Positions 51,991-61,526 of a stretch of 64,000 nucleotides of DNA are shown here, one piece after another. The DNA lies in the IMG/VR virus record IMGVR_UViG_3300034358_000044, positions 64,001 to 128,000 of that record. The stretch is one strand, 5' to 3'. The number at the start of each line of letters is the position of its first letter. The stretch's first letter is position 1. A program made the translations under genes and the position numbers. Source of the DNA: a virus. The notes below the pieces were generated by a model. The model was not told the DNA's origin. It saw only the letters and a program-made list of their open reading frames with translations, and searched no databases.

Positions 51991-54507
51991 TCAGTCCTCG
52001 ACCACTTCTCCTCTCGCGGGGAGAGCAGCGAATGCGATGTTGTAGGCCTCCTCTACGGAGGGTGGAAGAGTGTCTGGTACCCTCATGGGCTTCACGATTT
52101 GGTAGGGGTAGTTCCACTCCTTCAGACTTCTCTTGAGCGAGCCCAGCATCCTCTTGAAGGAGGGGACCATCCAATCGTCGAAGACGATCATGATGGGATC
52201 CTTCTTGCCCGGTCTCTCGCGCTGGATGCGCCCCATCGACTGCTGGAGAGCAATCTTCGAGCGGAAGGGGGTCAGCCAGAAGAGGGTGTCGAGCCGGTCA
52301 TCGTCCACTCCAGTGGACCCGAGCTTGGCGATGGCGAAGCAGATGTTGCTGTCCCGAAGGACGTCCATGCGCGTCGTCCTGTCCGTCTCCCCCACGATGA
52401 GGGCAGACCCAGGGAACATTGCGTGGAAGAGCTTGAGCTGGTCCTTGGAGTGAGAGAGGCACAGGACCTTTCTGCCAGCCTCTACAGCCGCCTTGATGCT
52501 GTGGTAGCGGTAGATGTTGCCCGCCTTGTTCCTACCCAGAGCGGTTCGTAGGAGGGAGATGTTGGTGGTCCCGTTGAGCTCGCTCTCCGCAGAGTTCATC
52601 ACCGTAGGTGTCTGCTGGATGAAGATCTTCGGAATCAAGTCCTGTTGAAGGTCCGTGTAGAACGGCTCCCCCAAGTGGTACCGGTAGATGGGGTCCAGCC
52701 CGTCCTCTCTCCGCACGGTGGCGGTGAGGCCGATGCGGTCTCCGTAGAAGGGGGAGGCGGTGAGGCTAAACTTCGGAGCCCCAATCTGGTGGACCTCGTC
52801 GTAGATGACGAGTCCGAAGTACCTGAACACTTCCTCAGGTACGGAGCCGCTGTCGATCCGCATCCAGAGAGTGGTGACGAGAGCTAAGGTGATGGGCTTG
52901 GCCCAGTTGAAAACTGGTCCCTGAATCAGCCCCATCTCCCCCTCAAAGCTCAGCCCCTTCACGATGCCCTTGTCGGGGTTGCCGTAAATCGACTCCTTCC
53001 ACTGCTCAAGAATGCCACCATCTGGTACAATGACGAGAGTAGGCACTCCCTTCTGGGCAACCTTCTTGAGGGCGAGGCGGGTGTTGTGGGTGGGGATGTA
53101 GTCCTTTGCGAGAAAGAGATGGTCTGGACTATCTACTGAGATGCAGGTGGCAAGGCCTTTTCCTTGGAAGATAACGGACTCTACAGCACGGTACGGTTCT
53201 CTCTGCCTTGAGGGTGGCAGCTTCTCCAGTTTTCGAGAGAGCCTGAAAAGGGGCATCCCCTTCGGCAGCTTTATGAGGAGTCTGAAACTGGGGAACTCTT
53301 TCCCGTTGCAGGTCGTGATTCGGTGCTGCCTAGTGCAGGTACCCCCTAGAGACAAAACCATGTCGGTCATGTCGTCTGCGAGTTGAGTTGACACAGTGGC
53401 ATACTCTGCTGCTCCTGCAGCAGTCGGACTGCCGTCAGTGTCGAGTAACCCTTGAATGACTGCAAGTCTGTCCCAACTACTGGAGTACTTGTACAACGGA
53501 GGAACGAACTTATAGTGTGCCGTGTGCCCCATGAGGCCAAGCTTCTGAAGAAGAACTGGAAGCCTGGACTCTTTCTGCGTCTGAGCATCACTATATGACA
53601 TCGAGATTCGATACGTCGTCGCCCTTCCAGAGTGCCTACCCGTAACCACCATGAAACGGTGAAGTGGTGGTAGTTTCATGAAGGACAACATCTCGCCGTC
53701 CATTGTAGTGAACTCAACGATGTTCGGTCTGGAGAGATGCCCATCTCCCAGAAGTGCTCCCAACGTATATGGGTCTACTTCAAGGTCCCCAGGCTGCCAC
53801 TCTACTGGAGCTATGGTTGGGAGATAGAAGAGGCGTCCTGCTGCTCCTTGGAGCGGCTTCTGAAGAAGGTCCTTCGTAGTGAGTGTTACAGTTGGCTTGC
53901 CACGGGTCCTCCTCAGAACGAAATTCCACTGATGGTCTGCATCGCAATCTAGATGTGTACCATCAGTGAAGGACACTCTGTAGATGTCCCTCTCGCCTTG
54001 AGGAAAGACTCCGACGACCTTGTAGGACCTACCATTGGTCCCTACTACTTGGTCCTCCATCGTCACCTGTTCGATGGGTATGAACCCTCTGGCTGTAAGG
54101 ACGTTCTGTCCGTGAGCCAGTGCTTTGCCTTTCCCGCAGCCCAGGTTGAGGATGCCATTGTCGTTGAGGGCTAAAGCATGCCACGCCTTCTCCTGCTCCT
54201 CATCACGAGGAACGACGTGATCCTCGAAGACGACCTTCTGGAACTCCGGGCGCAAGTCGATGAAGGGGAACTTGTACCTGGGGTAGTGTGAGGCGGGGAT
54301 GAACTCTCGTGGGCATACGAGATGGTGTTGCGTCTCGTGCCACATGCTCATCTTCACCTGTGCGACTTCACCCTGTTGATCTTTGCCATTCACAAGGAAC
54401 TCAAGGGCCCGCTTGACCGGCTCCGTCCGAATCTGTGACTTCGGAAGCCAGAGCCGATCAGCGAGGTACGCCTTTGAGGGATCCTTGGGGACGTAGAGCA
54501 AGTTCAT
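51991..54507 (-). CDS. SF2 (UvsW-like) DEAD/DEAH helicase interrupted by an intein
   Basis: GCGKGK|intein|T, DEVH, LTAT, QSMGRIQR. Confidence 0.9.
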   Translation of the reverse strand: MNLLYVPKDPSKAYLADRLWLPKSQIRTEPVKRALEFLVNGKDQQGEVAQVKMSMWHETQHHLVCPREFIPASHYPRYKFPFIDLRPEFQKVVFEDHVVPRDEEQEKAWHALALNDNGILNLGCGKGKALAHGQNVLTARGFIPIEQVTMEDQVVGTNGRSYKVVGVFPQGERDIYRVSFTDGTHLDCDADHQWNFVLRRTRGKPTVTLTTKDLLQKPLQGAAGRLFYLPTIAPVEWQPGDLEVDPYTLGALLGDGHLSRPNIVEFTTMDGEMLSFMKLPPLHRFMVVTGRHSGRATTYRISMSYSDAQTQKESRLPVLLQKLGLMGHTAHYKFVPPLYKYSSSWDRLAVIQGLLDTDGSPTAAGAAEYATVSTQLADDMTDMVLSLGGTCTRQHRITTCNGKEFPSFRLLIKLPKGMPLFRLSRKLEKLPPSRQREPYRAVESVIFQGKGLATCISVDSPDHLFLAKDYIPTHNTRLALKKVAQKGVPTLVIVPDGGILEQWKESIYGNPDKGIVKGLSFEGEMGLIQGPVFNWAKPITLALVTTLWMRIDSGSVPEEVFRYFGLVIYDEVHQIGAPKFSLTASPFYGDRIGLTATVRREDGLDPIYRYHLGEPFYTDLQQDLIPKIFIQQTPTVMNSAESELNGTTNISLLRTALGRNKAGNIYRYHSIKAAVEAGRKVLCLSHSKDQLKLFHAMFPGSALIVGETDRTTRMDVLRDSNICFAIAKLGSTGVDDDRLDTLFWLTPFRSKIALQQSMGRIQRERPGKKDPIMIVFDDWMVPSFKRMLGSLKRSLKEWNYPYQIVKPMRVPDTLPPSVEEAYNIAFAALPARGEVVED
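53083..54123 (-). mobile_element. Class-3 intein with LAGLIDADG homing endonuclease (347 aa)
   Basis: Starts ALAHG, ends THN|T; block B DHQW, block F ATCISV; LGALLGDG and QGLLDTDG. Confidence 0.9.
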
Positions 54508-54534
54508 GAGTCTCCAAGTACCACAAGCTGCCAG

Positions 54535-55152
54535 CTACTTGGGCAGCTCGTACTTCGGTTGAGGCTGCACGTCTATGACCTTCGGTTGTGGAGGTTGGGG
54601 TGGGAGCACCATCTGTCTGACTGCGAGGAAGCACTGCCCGAAGAACGACTCCAGCATGGCAAGCCCTGCGTTCTTCACTACTCGCTCCATGAACGATTCT
54701 TCCCCCATCTGCGGTCTCATTGGTGGAGGCGCAGAGTGGATGACTTGCTGCATCGGGTCCTGAATCCACCCGTAGCCATACTGCTCTGGGGGTGGATAGA
54801 CAGAGGGCCTCTGTGGATAGAGGTTCTGTGGCGCTGCTACTGGGACTTGGGGTCGGTACTGCGGGACCTGTTGGACCTGTTGCGGAGCGGGAGCGTACTG
54901 AAGAACTGGTGCAGGTTGCGGAACGGCATACGGCTGGTACACCTGGTACTGAGGCTGCGGGGCTGGAGCCGCCATCTGCCTCATGGAACTCGCCCTGATG
55001 ATTTCTTCTTTGCACGAAGTCTGAAAGCTACAACTTCGGCATTCCCTTGCGTTCTCATCGAAAGACTTCGCCCAGCATCGGGGTCTTTCGGAGAGTTGTG
55101 AAGAAGGAGTTCCGTATTGGTACTGCATTCTTTCTCCTTTCTGGGTTAACAA
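54535..55152 (-). CDS. Pro/Gln-rich protein with N-terminal Cys motif
   Basis: CWAK...ECRSCSFQTSC then P/Q/Y-rich region. Confidence 0.75.
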   Translation of the reverse strand: MLTQKGERMQYQYGTPSSQLSERPRCWAKSFDENARECRSCSFQTSCKEEIIRASSMRQMAAPAPQPQYQVYQPYAVPQPAPVLQYAPAPQQVQQVPQYRPQVPVAAPQNLYPQRPSVYPPPEQYGYGWIQDPMQQVIHSAPPPMRPQMGEESFMERVVKNAGLAMLESFFGQCFLAVRQMVLPPQPPQPKVIDVQPQPKYELPK

Positions 55153-55281
55153 CGGACTTCAAGAGCCTTATGCCTAGAACGCATTGGACTTTGCTCTGGC
55201 GTTTTCATTGCCAATGTAGGCGAGTAGGACCTACACTCCTCCGGAAGCTGTGACCTCTCTGAATCCGAAGAAGGAGTTCTC

Positions 55282-56988
55282 ATGAAGACCGCTGGCGTCG
55301 TGTTCGACTTCTACGACGATGCATCTGGGACGCTGCTGAAGGCGGCCTTCCCCACTCCCGACGAGCTCCCAGAGATCATCAAGGAGGCCCACATCCTCAA
55401 CTCGAATGAGCGAGACGTTCTTCGAGACGAGGCCTACGCCCTGGTGATGTCCAACAACGGGCACATCCTCCGCAAGTTCGCCTGCGTCGATGCCGGCAAC
55501 ACTCTGCTCTCCTGCCTCTACTTCGAGGAGAACGCCCAGAAGCTGCCGGAGGAGGCGGTGAAGGTGGCCGCCGTCAACCTCGCCTCCTTCTGCGAGGACT
55601 TCGGTTTCGAGCCAACCAACTTCGTCAAGATGGCGGCGGCGACCCAGAGTCGCACCAGGGACTCCATGAGGCAGCCCATCGTGGGAGACGAAGCCGACTG
55701 GGCACAGAGGACCAACCTCGTCTCGGTGCGTGGCGGTGCCGACAGTGGGCGTGTCATCCCCACTGCCAACCAGATGAAGACGGCCCAGGTCAAGACAGCG
55801 ATGTCCAGCTTCGCCAAGCACGTTGGTGGTGGGGCCGCTCTGGGGGGTGCTCTTGGGGTCGCAGGTGGGTCCAAGAAGGACGAAAACGGAAAGACCAACA
55901 AGCTCTATGGAGGTCTGACCGGTGCGGCAAGTGGTGGCTTCTTGGGGGCCTCTATTCACAGCATCCGCAACGTGGGCAACGAGATCGGCAAACAGGTTCG
56001 GCACGGCCACACCGGCAAGCCCCTGACTGACAAGGTCAAGACTCTGGCCGAGACGGACGTACAGAAGGTCCCGAAGAAGCTGAAGGATGTGGAGGAGTAC
56101 CTGCAGGCCTTCCCCCAGAAGGAAGTGAAGGCCTCAGTGCAGAAGCTCGCTGGGGGACAGGTTCTCACGGACGACAAGAAGGACAACGGGCCGGAGAAGA
56201 AGAACCCTGACATGCTGAACAGGGCGACGATGAAGGACAAGAACACCTTCGCTGTGGGAACCGGACAGGGAGACCTGGAGGTCAACTACAAGTCTCTCCC
56301 GAAGATCGCCATGGTGGTGGACGTCTCCAACAAGGAGCCAGTTCACAGGTTCGAGAAGAGGGCCTCGAAGCGTCACGCTCTCGGCACCAGCTACCCCCTG
56401 GATTCCTACCAGGACGTGAAGGCTGCGGCACAGTACTTCGACGACTACTACGGACAGTTCAACCCGGCCGACCGCCACGAGTACGCCGTGAAGACCGCCT
56501 CTCGTGCAGACGAGCTCGGCATTGCCACCAGCGAGCTTCTTCAGCGGTACGGCTCCACCGAGTACGCCCCGGACATCGACGCCCATCTGGCCAGCCGCAA
56601 GGCGGCAGCCCCCATGTTCGGCGCTGTGTATGACGCCATGCGAGAGAAGCGGGCGGAGGTCTCACCCGAGGTCTTCGTCGAGCTCCTGCAGAAGGTTGAT
56701 GAAGAAGCCGGCCTGAACTGGTACTACGGTGGGGACGTGACTGACCCCTACCTGGCGACCTTCGGCGGCAAGGAGAAGGCAGCAGCTTCCGAGTGGGCTT
56801 GGGAAGGCCCCAACGGGCAGGCGCTGACGGCGGAGCACCTCCAGGGCCTGGCGGAGTCCACAGGGTTCAAGAAGTCCTTCGATCAGGAACTCGTCTCTGA
56901 GTTCTGCAAGGATCCGACTACCATCTTCGACTCGCTGCCGAACGACACGAAGAACCTCATGGCCCGTATGGCGCTCTCGGAGGAATGA
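55282..56988 (+). CDS. Putative head/virion-associated protein
   Basis: First gene of the + operon leading to the portal; AAGGAG RBS. Confidence 0.6.
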   Translation: MKTAGVVFDFYDDASGTLLKAAFPTPDELPEIIKEAHILNSNERDVLRDEAYALVMSNNGHILRKFACVDAGNTLLSCLYFEENAQKLPEEAVKVAAVNLASFCEDFGFEPTNFVKMAAATQSRTRDSMRQPIVGDEADWAQRTNLVSVRGGADSGRVIPTANQMKTAQVKTAMSSFAKHVGGGAALGGALGVAGGSKKDENGKTNKLYGGLTGAASGGFLGASIHSIRNVGNEIGKQVRHGHTGKPLTDKVKTLAETDVQKVPKKLKDVEEYLQAFPQKEVKASVQKLAGGQVLTDDKKDNGPEKKNPDMLNRATMKDKNTFAVGTGQGDLEVNYKSLPKIAMVVDVSNKEPVHRFEKRASKRHALGTSYPLDSYQDVKAAAQYFDDYYGQFNPADRHEYAVKTASRADELGIATSELLQRYGSTEYAPDIDAHLASRKAAAPMFGAVYDAMREKRAEVSPEVFVELLQKVDEEAGLNWYYGGDVTDPYLATFGGKEKAAASEWAWEGPNGQALTAEHLQGLAESTGFKKSFDQELVSEFCKDPTTIFDSLPNDTKNLMARMALSEE

Positions 56989-57473
56989 TGCACGCTGCAA
57001 CCTACTCTGCGTTCAAGCAGGAACTCAGCAAGATCTCTTCTGGATGGGAACATGCAGCAGAGCTTGGTGGTCTTGGCCTGTTGGCGGCTCCGAGCGTTGG
57101 CCATCTTCGTGGAAAAGAGTGGAGTGAGAAGAACAAGTCCAAGGCGGAAGTTGCAGGTCTTGGAATCTTGGCAGCCCCGACCGCCTACAAAGTGATGAAG
57201 AGCGGGGTCAACAAGCTTCGAGGGGTCGCCCCATCGATCATGAAACATGCTTCGGTGGGACTGGCCGATGGGGCTCTGGGTCTCTTCAAGAAGGCTGACG
57301 TCTGGAACGCCAACACTGGGGCAATTCAAGGAGCTGCTTCTCTGAATCGCGGGGTTGCGACTGTCGCTGCTGCGAAGCCCAAGTTCGACGCGAAGGCGCT
57401 GGCGAACGCCTACAAGAATTCTGGTATCAAGCCTGGGATTCAGTCCGCAGCCAGGATGGTCTCCAGACGCTAA
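56985..57473 (+). CDS. Gly/Ala-rich putative internal virion protein
   Basis: AFKQELSKIS N-terminal motif; coupled start. Confidence 0.55.
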   Translation: MMHAATYSAFKQELSKISSGWEHAAELGGLGLLAAPSVGHLRGKEWSEKNKSKAEVAGLGILAAPTAYKVMKSGVNKLRGVAPSIMKHASVGLADGALGLFKKADVWNANTGAIQGAASLNRGVATVAAAKPKFDAKALANAYKNSGIKPGIQSAARMVSRR

Positions 57474-57482
57474 GGATGGTCG

Positions 57483-58418
57483 ATGGTTTCTCCAGAACAA
57501 GATCTCTTCGACAGGCTCAAGGGCGCCGAGACCGTGAAGCCCACGGCCTCGTTGGAGAACTCTGCCGTGGCGAAAGACTTGGCCGCTGAGAGCAAGGACT
57601 CCACCACTGCAGTCACCCTGCGTAACCTCTTCACCCATCAGGACTCCCACCCAGTTGTCTTGGACTTCGCCCTCCTGAAGGCCTTCGGTCTGGAGTGGTA
57701 CGGGTGGGAGGCGGAGACCATCTGGGCGGAGGTTCGGCGCGTTTTCCAGATGCATATCTCAGAGGTGAACCGGGCGAAGGTTAACACTCTCAAGACGCTG
57801 CACGTCTCCAACACTCCGTGGGATCACTGGCAGGTCTTCGAGAAGATCGTCCAGGGACTGAACAACGTCGTTCCGCATTGGGGTTTCATGCAGGCCCCAA
57901 CCCTGGAGCAGCTCTACTCCGCCATCGACATGCTGGAACACATCAGGACTGTCGAGTTCAGCCATGAAGTGAAGGCGTACATCGCTACGGCGGTTCTTCA
58001 CGAAGAGGTCACCTTCGTTCCTCCTCCACTCAGCTTTGTTCAGCTCGAAGTCTCCAAGCCGTACTACCACTGCAAGGACTGCGGCCACGAGTACTCTGCT
58101 CTCTTCCATGACGGGTTTTGCGACTCCTGCACCCAGAAGATGGACCATGAGCAGGGGCTGTCGATGAAACCGAAGCAGGAACTTCTCAATCAGGGCATCG
58201 GCAAGAACATGGAGACCCGCCTACGGCATGACCCTGAGGCGGTGCAGAAGCGGTGGGATGCAGTAGGTCATCAGCCCTTGGAGAAGATCGAGCTCGAAGA
58301 GACTGAGGTCGACATCCAAGTGGCCAAGCTCTTGGTCGCTCGCGACTACATGAACGTTCGCCGGAGGCAGCTCACGGAGCAGCTCGTGACCCTCAAGGCC
58401 TGGCTGGGAGCCGTATGA
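57483..58418 (+). CDS. Hypothetical protein with Zn ribbon
   Basis: CKDCGH...CDSC. Confidence 0.75.
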   Translation: MVSPEQDLFDRLKGAETVKPTASLENSAVAKDLAAESKDSTTAVTLRNLFTHQDSHPVVLDFALLKAFGLEWYGWEAETIWAEVRRVFQMHISEVNRAKVNTLKTLHVSNTPWDHWQVFEKIVQGLNNVVPHWGFMQAPTLEQLYSAIDMLEHIRTVEFSHEVKAYIATAVLHEEVTFVPPPLSFVQLEVSKPYYHCKDCGHEYSALFHDGFCDSCTQKMDHEQGLSMKPKQELLNQGIGKNMETRLRHDPEAVQKRWDAVGHQPLEKIELEETEVDIQVAKLLVARDYMNVRRRQLTEQLVTLKAWLGAV

Positions 58419-59320
58419 ACGCCATCAGCATGGCCGCCTTCATCACTGAGATGGAGAAGATAGCTGACATTCACATTGGGGACAGCACGCATCCCATCAG
58501 GTCGGCCGGACTGTTCATTGGTACCGAGTCCGACCACGATGCGAAGGCCATGGTTCTCCAAAAGCTGTTGGAGAAGCACAAGTCCCTCAACAAGTCCCGA
58601 GCTGAATACCAGAAGCTCTTCCCCGATGACTATGTCACTGGGGCAATGCACTTCGACAAGACTCACTCCGGCAAACCGACACTTCACTTCCGTGTCGGGC
58701 GGGCTGGTGGTGAAGGACAGAGTGACTTCTACAACGCCGTTTTCTCGGAGGCGATGAAGAGAAAGACCGCAGGCCTCTTGAGAAATCTCGGAGCGCCCAT
58801 TCGCTCCTCAGGAAGGTGGATGGGGAAACAACTGGGGGGTATAGCCAAAGACGTTAAAGGTGTGGGCAAGGACGCCTTGACTCGTCCTCTGGCTGCTTCT
58901 CGTGAGGGGCTCGCAGAAACCGTCAAGCAGGTCACGACCGGCCCCAAGTTCTTTCGAGGTCTCGGAGGACTGGGACTTGCCGCCCAAGGAGCCCAGACAT
59001 TCTCTGACGCCAAGAATCTTGCTCCGAGTGTAGACCCCACTGGGGCAAAGCGTGGTAGAGGTGAGAGAATCGGTCAGCTTGCTGGAACGACCATGGGCGG
59101 CTTTATCGGCATGAAACGTGGAATCACAGGGTCCCTAGTGTCGAGTGAAGCAGGGCGTATTGGGGCAGGATTGATTGGAAGAGGAGTAGACAGGGCCATT
59201 GGTGCAGCACGTGGGATCAAGCCTCCGGCCCCTACCTCTATCCTCAATGACCCATCCATTCTCAACAACCCCAACGCTCTTCATAATGTTGGGATGAGAA
59301 CTTTCGGTTCTCGTGGGTAA
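58415..59320 (+). CDS. Gly/Ala-rich putative internal virion protein
   Basis: AFITEMEKIA N-terminal motif. Confidence 0.55.
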   Translation: MNAISMAAFITEMEKIADIHIGDSTHPIRSAGLFIGTESDHDAKAMVLQKLLEKHKSLNKSRAEYQKLFPDDYVTGAMHFDKTHSGKPTLHFRVGRAGGEGQSDFYNAVFSEAMKRKTAGLLRNLGAPIRSSGRWMGKQLGGIAKDVKGVGKDALTRPLAASREGLAETVKQVTTGPKFFRGLGGLGLAAQGAQTFSDAKNLAPSVDPTGAKRGRGERIGQLAGTTMGGFIGMKRGITGSLVSSEAGRIGAGLIGRGVDRAIGAARGIKPPAPTSILNDPSILNNPNALHNVGMRTFGSRG

Positions 59321-59329
59321 GGAGCAGCG

Positions 59330-61372
59330 GTGAGCTACGACAACCTGTCTCTCGGTTTCGGTGGGACGTCCCGGTTCTCCGGGCAGCGGGGCCGTACCGC
59401 CGATGGGACAGGGCGTTCTGGCGTCAGGTACCCTTCTCCCTTCTTCGACATCGGGCACACGTACCTGCCGCCGTCGATGAAGGCGTTGATGCGGTGGTGC
59501 CGGTACTACTACCTCGTCAACCCGCTCATCAACACCGTCATCCACAAGATGTCGGAGTACCCCATCACCGAGATCGTCATCGACGAGCAGGACCCCATCA
59601 AGAAGGAGCGGTGGGAGGAGGTCCTCGGACAGCACCTGCGGTACAGGGCGTTTCAGATCGAGGTCGGTCTCGACTACTACACGTACGGCACCTGCGCCAT
59701 CACCATCCACTACCCCTTCACCAAGTACCTCATCTGCAAGAACTGCGGATTCAAGGAGAAGGCGGCCAAGACGACGTACAAGTGGCGCAACCTCGACTAC
59801 GTCATCGAATGCACGAAGTGCAACCACCACGGGCCGGCGAAGATCCAGGACTTCTTCGAGAAGGACTTGCGGCGCATCCGGCTGCAGCGGTGGAACCCGG
59901 AGTACATCAACATCGACCCAGGTTTCGGAGGGGCGGACCCGGTCTACACCTTCGAGATTCCTCTTCAGCTTCGCAACGACATCCTGCTGGGGAAGAAGAA
60001 CGTTCTCGACACCATCCCTGACGTCTTCGTGGAGGCGATGAGGAGGAACAAGTTCATCTCCTTCGCCTCAGAGAACATCTTCGTGATGAAGAGGCCCATC
60101 ATCAGCCAGAAGGACAACGGCTGGGGCATGCCACTCATCTTCCCAGTGCTGAAGGACGCCTTCTACCTGCAGATTCTTCGCAAGGCGCAAGAGTCCATCG
60201 CCCAGGAGCACATCGTTCCTCTGCGGGTGCTCTTCCCCCAGGCAGGTTCTGCGAGCTCGGATCCGTACACCACCGTCTCCCTCGACTCCTGGAAGTCGCG
60301 CATGGAGGGGGAGATTGCCAAGTGGAAGTACGACAACAACTACATCCCCATCCTACCGCTCCCCATCGGGAACGAGACCATCGGTGGGGATGGTAAGGCG
60401 CTCGGTCTCTACCAGGAGATGGACGTCTGGTCGAAGCAGATTGTCGTGGGTATGGGCGTGCCTCAGGAGTTCGTCTTCGGAGGGATGACCTACTCCGGCT
60501 CCAACGTCTCCATGCGAATGCTGGAGAACATGTTCATCGGGTACCGCACCGACCACGAGAACATGCTGAACCAGTTCGTCATCAAGCGCATCGCCAACTT
60601 CATGGAGTGGACTCCCGTGAAGGCGCACATGCGTCGCTTCAAGATGGCTGATGACCTGCAGCGCTCCACCCTCTACTTCCAGCTCAACCAGGCGCAGAAG
60701 ATTTCCGACCAGACTCTCCTCAACGAGGTGGACCAGGATCCACTGGTCGAGGACGAGCGGAAGAAGTTGGAGCTCTCGAAGCAGCTTGAGTACCAGCGGA
60801 AGATGCAGCTCTCCCAGGCCAACACCCAGGCCGAGGTCGCTGCCATCCAGATGAAGGCTCAGATGGCCGCCCAGCAGCAACAGGCAGCCGCCATGGGCCA
60901 GCAGCCGGGTCAGCCGCAACCCGGAGCACAGCCTGGGGGCCAGCCCGGGGCGGACCCCAATGCCGCAGCCGGCGGTGCCCCCCAGACGGGCCAGCAGGGC
61001 GAAATGGTGCCCGGCCAGCAGGTGGACCCTGCCATGCCCCAGGGAAGCACCGTGTCGCAGGAGAACGCCCAGCAGGCCCCTCAGGACGGCATTCCCCAGG
61101 AGGCTCAGAGCCCCCTCACTATGGGTCTCAAGGGCGGTGGTATGAATCTCCTGTACCTGGCCAAGCGTGCCGCCAATGCGCTCAAGGACCAGGACAAGAT
61201 GACCCAGATGATGGAGCTCAACCGGATGAAGGCCACCAATCCGCAGCTCTACATGCTGGTCATCCAGATCATCAACAGCAAGCAGGGCTCACAAGAGAAC
61301 CCCATGGACGCCTCTCAGTCCCCCTTGCCCGAGCAGAAGCCTTCGCGTAGAGCAGCATCAGTTGGTGTGTGA
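59330..61372 (+). CDS. Portal protein
   Basis: YYLVNPLINTVIHKMSEYP, GLDYYTYG, GWGMPLIFPVLK, GMGVPQEFVFGG; P/Q-rich C-terminal tail. Confidence 0.8.
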   Translation: MSYDNLSLGFGGTSRFSGQRGRTADGTGRSGVRYPSPFFDIGHTYLPPSMKALMRWCRYYYLVNPLINTVIHKMSEYPITEIVIDEQDPIKKERWEEVLGQHLRYRAFQIEVGLDYYTYGTCAITIHYPFTKYLICKNCGFKEKAAKTTYKWRNLDYVIECTKCNHHGPAKIQDFFEKDLRRIRLQRWNPEYINIDPGFGGADPVYTFEIPLQLRNDILLGKKNVLDTIPDVFVEAMRRNKFISFASENIFVMKRPIISQKDNGWGMPLIFPVLKDAFYLQILRKAQESIAQEHIVPLRVLFPQAGSASSDPYTTVSLDSWKSRMEGEIAKWKYDNNYIPILPLPIGNETIGGDGKALGLYQEMDVWSKQIVVGMGVPQEFVFGGMTYSGSNVSMRMLENMFIGYRTDHENMLNQFVIKRIANFMEWTPVKAHMRRFKMADDLQRSTLYFQLNQAQKISDQTLLNEVDQDPLVEDERKKLELSKQLEYQRKMQLSQANTQAEVAAIQMKAQMAAQQQQAAAMGQQPGQPQPGAQPGGQPGADPNAAAGGAPQTGQQGEMVPGQQVDPAMPQGSTVSQENAQQAPQDGIPQEAQSPLTMGLKGGGMNLLYLAKRAANALKDQDKMTQMMELNRMKATNPQLYMLVIQIINSKQGSQENPMDASQSPLPEQKPSRRAASVGV

Positions 61373-61447
61373 GCTCGCGTAACTCAAGGGTAGAGTGCTC
61401 TCGGTACTAGGCCGAAAGAAGTGCGGGTTCGAATCCCGTCGCGGGTG
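61373..61447 (+). tRNA. tRNA-like gene with CUA (amber) anticodon and extended anticodon stem
   Basis: Acceptor GCUCGCG/CGCGGGU, D stem ACUC/GAGU, CUCUCGG-UA CUA GG-CCGAAAG, T arm GCGGG-UUCGAAU-CCCGU. Confidence 0.7.
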
Positions 61448-61526
61448 CTTGACACGAAGTTCTGAAGGGCTAGGTTCTTCCCCATGATCGACAGCGCCCT
61501 AGTCTGAAGCTGAGCTGACGCACTAC

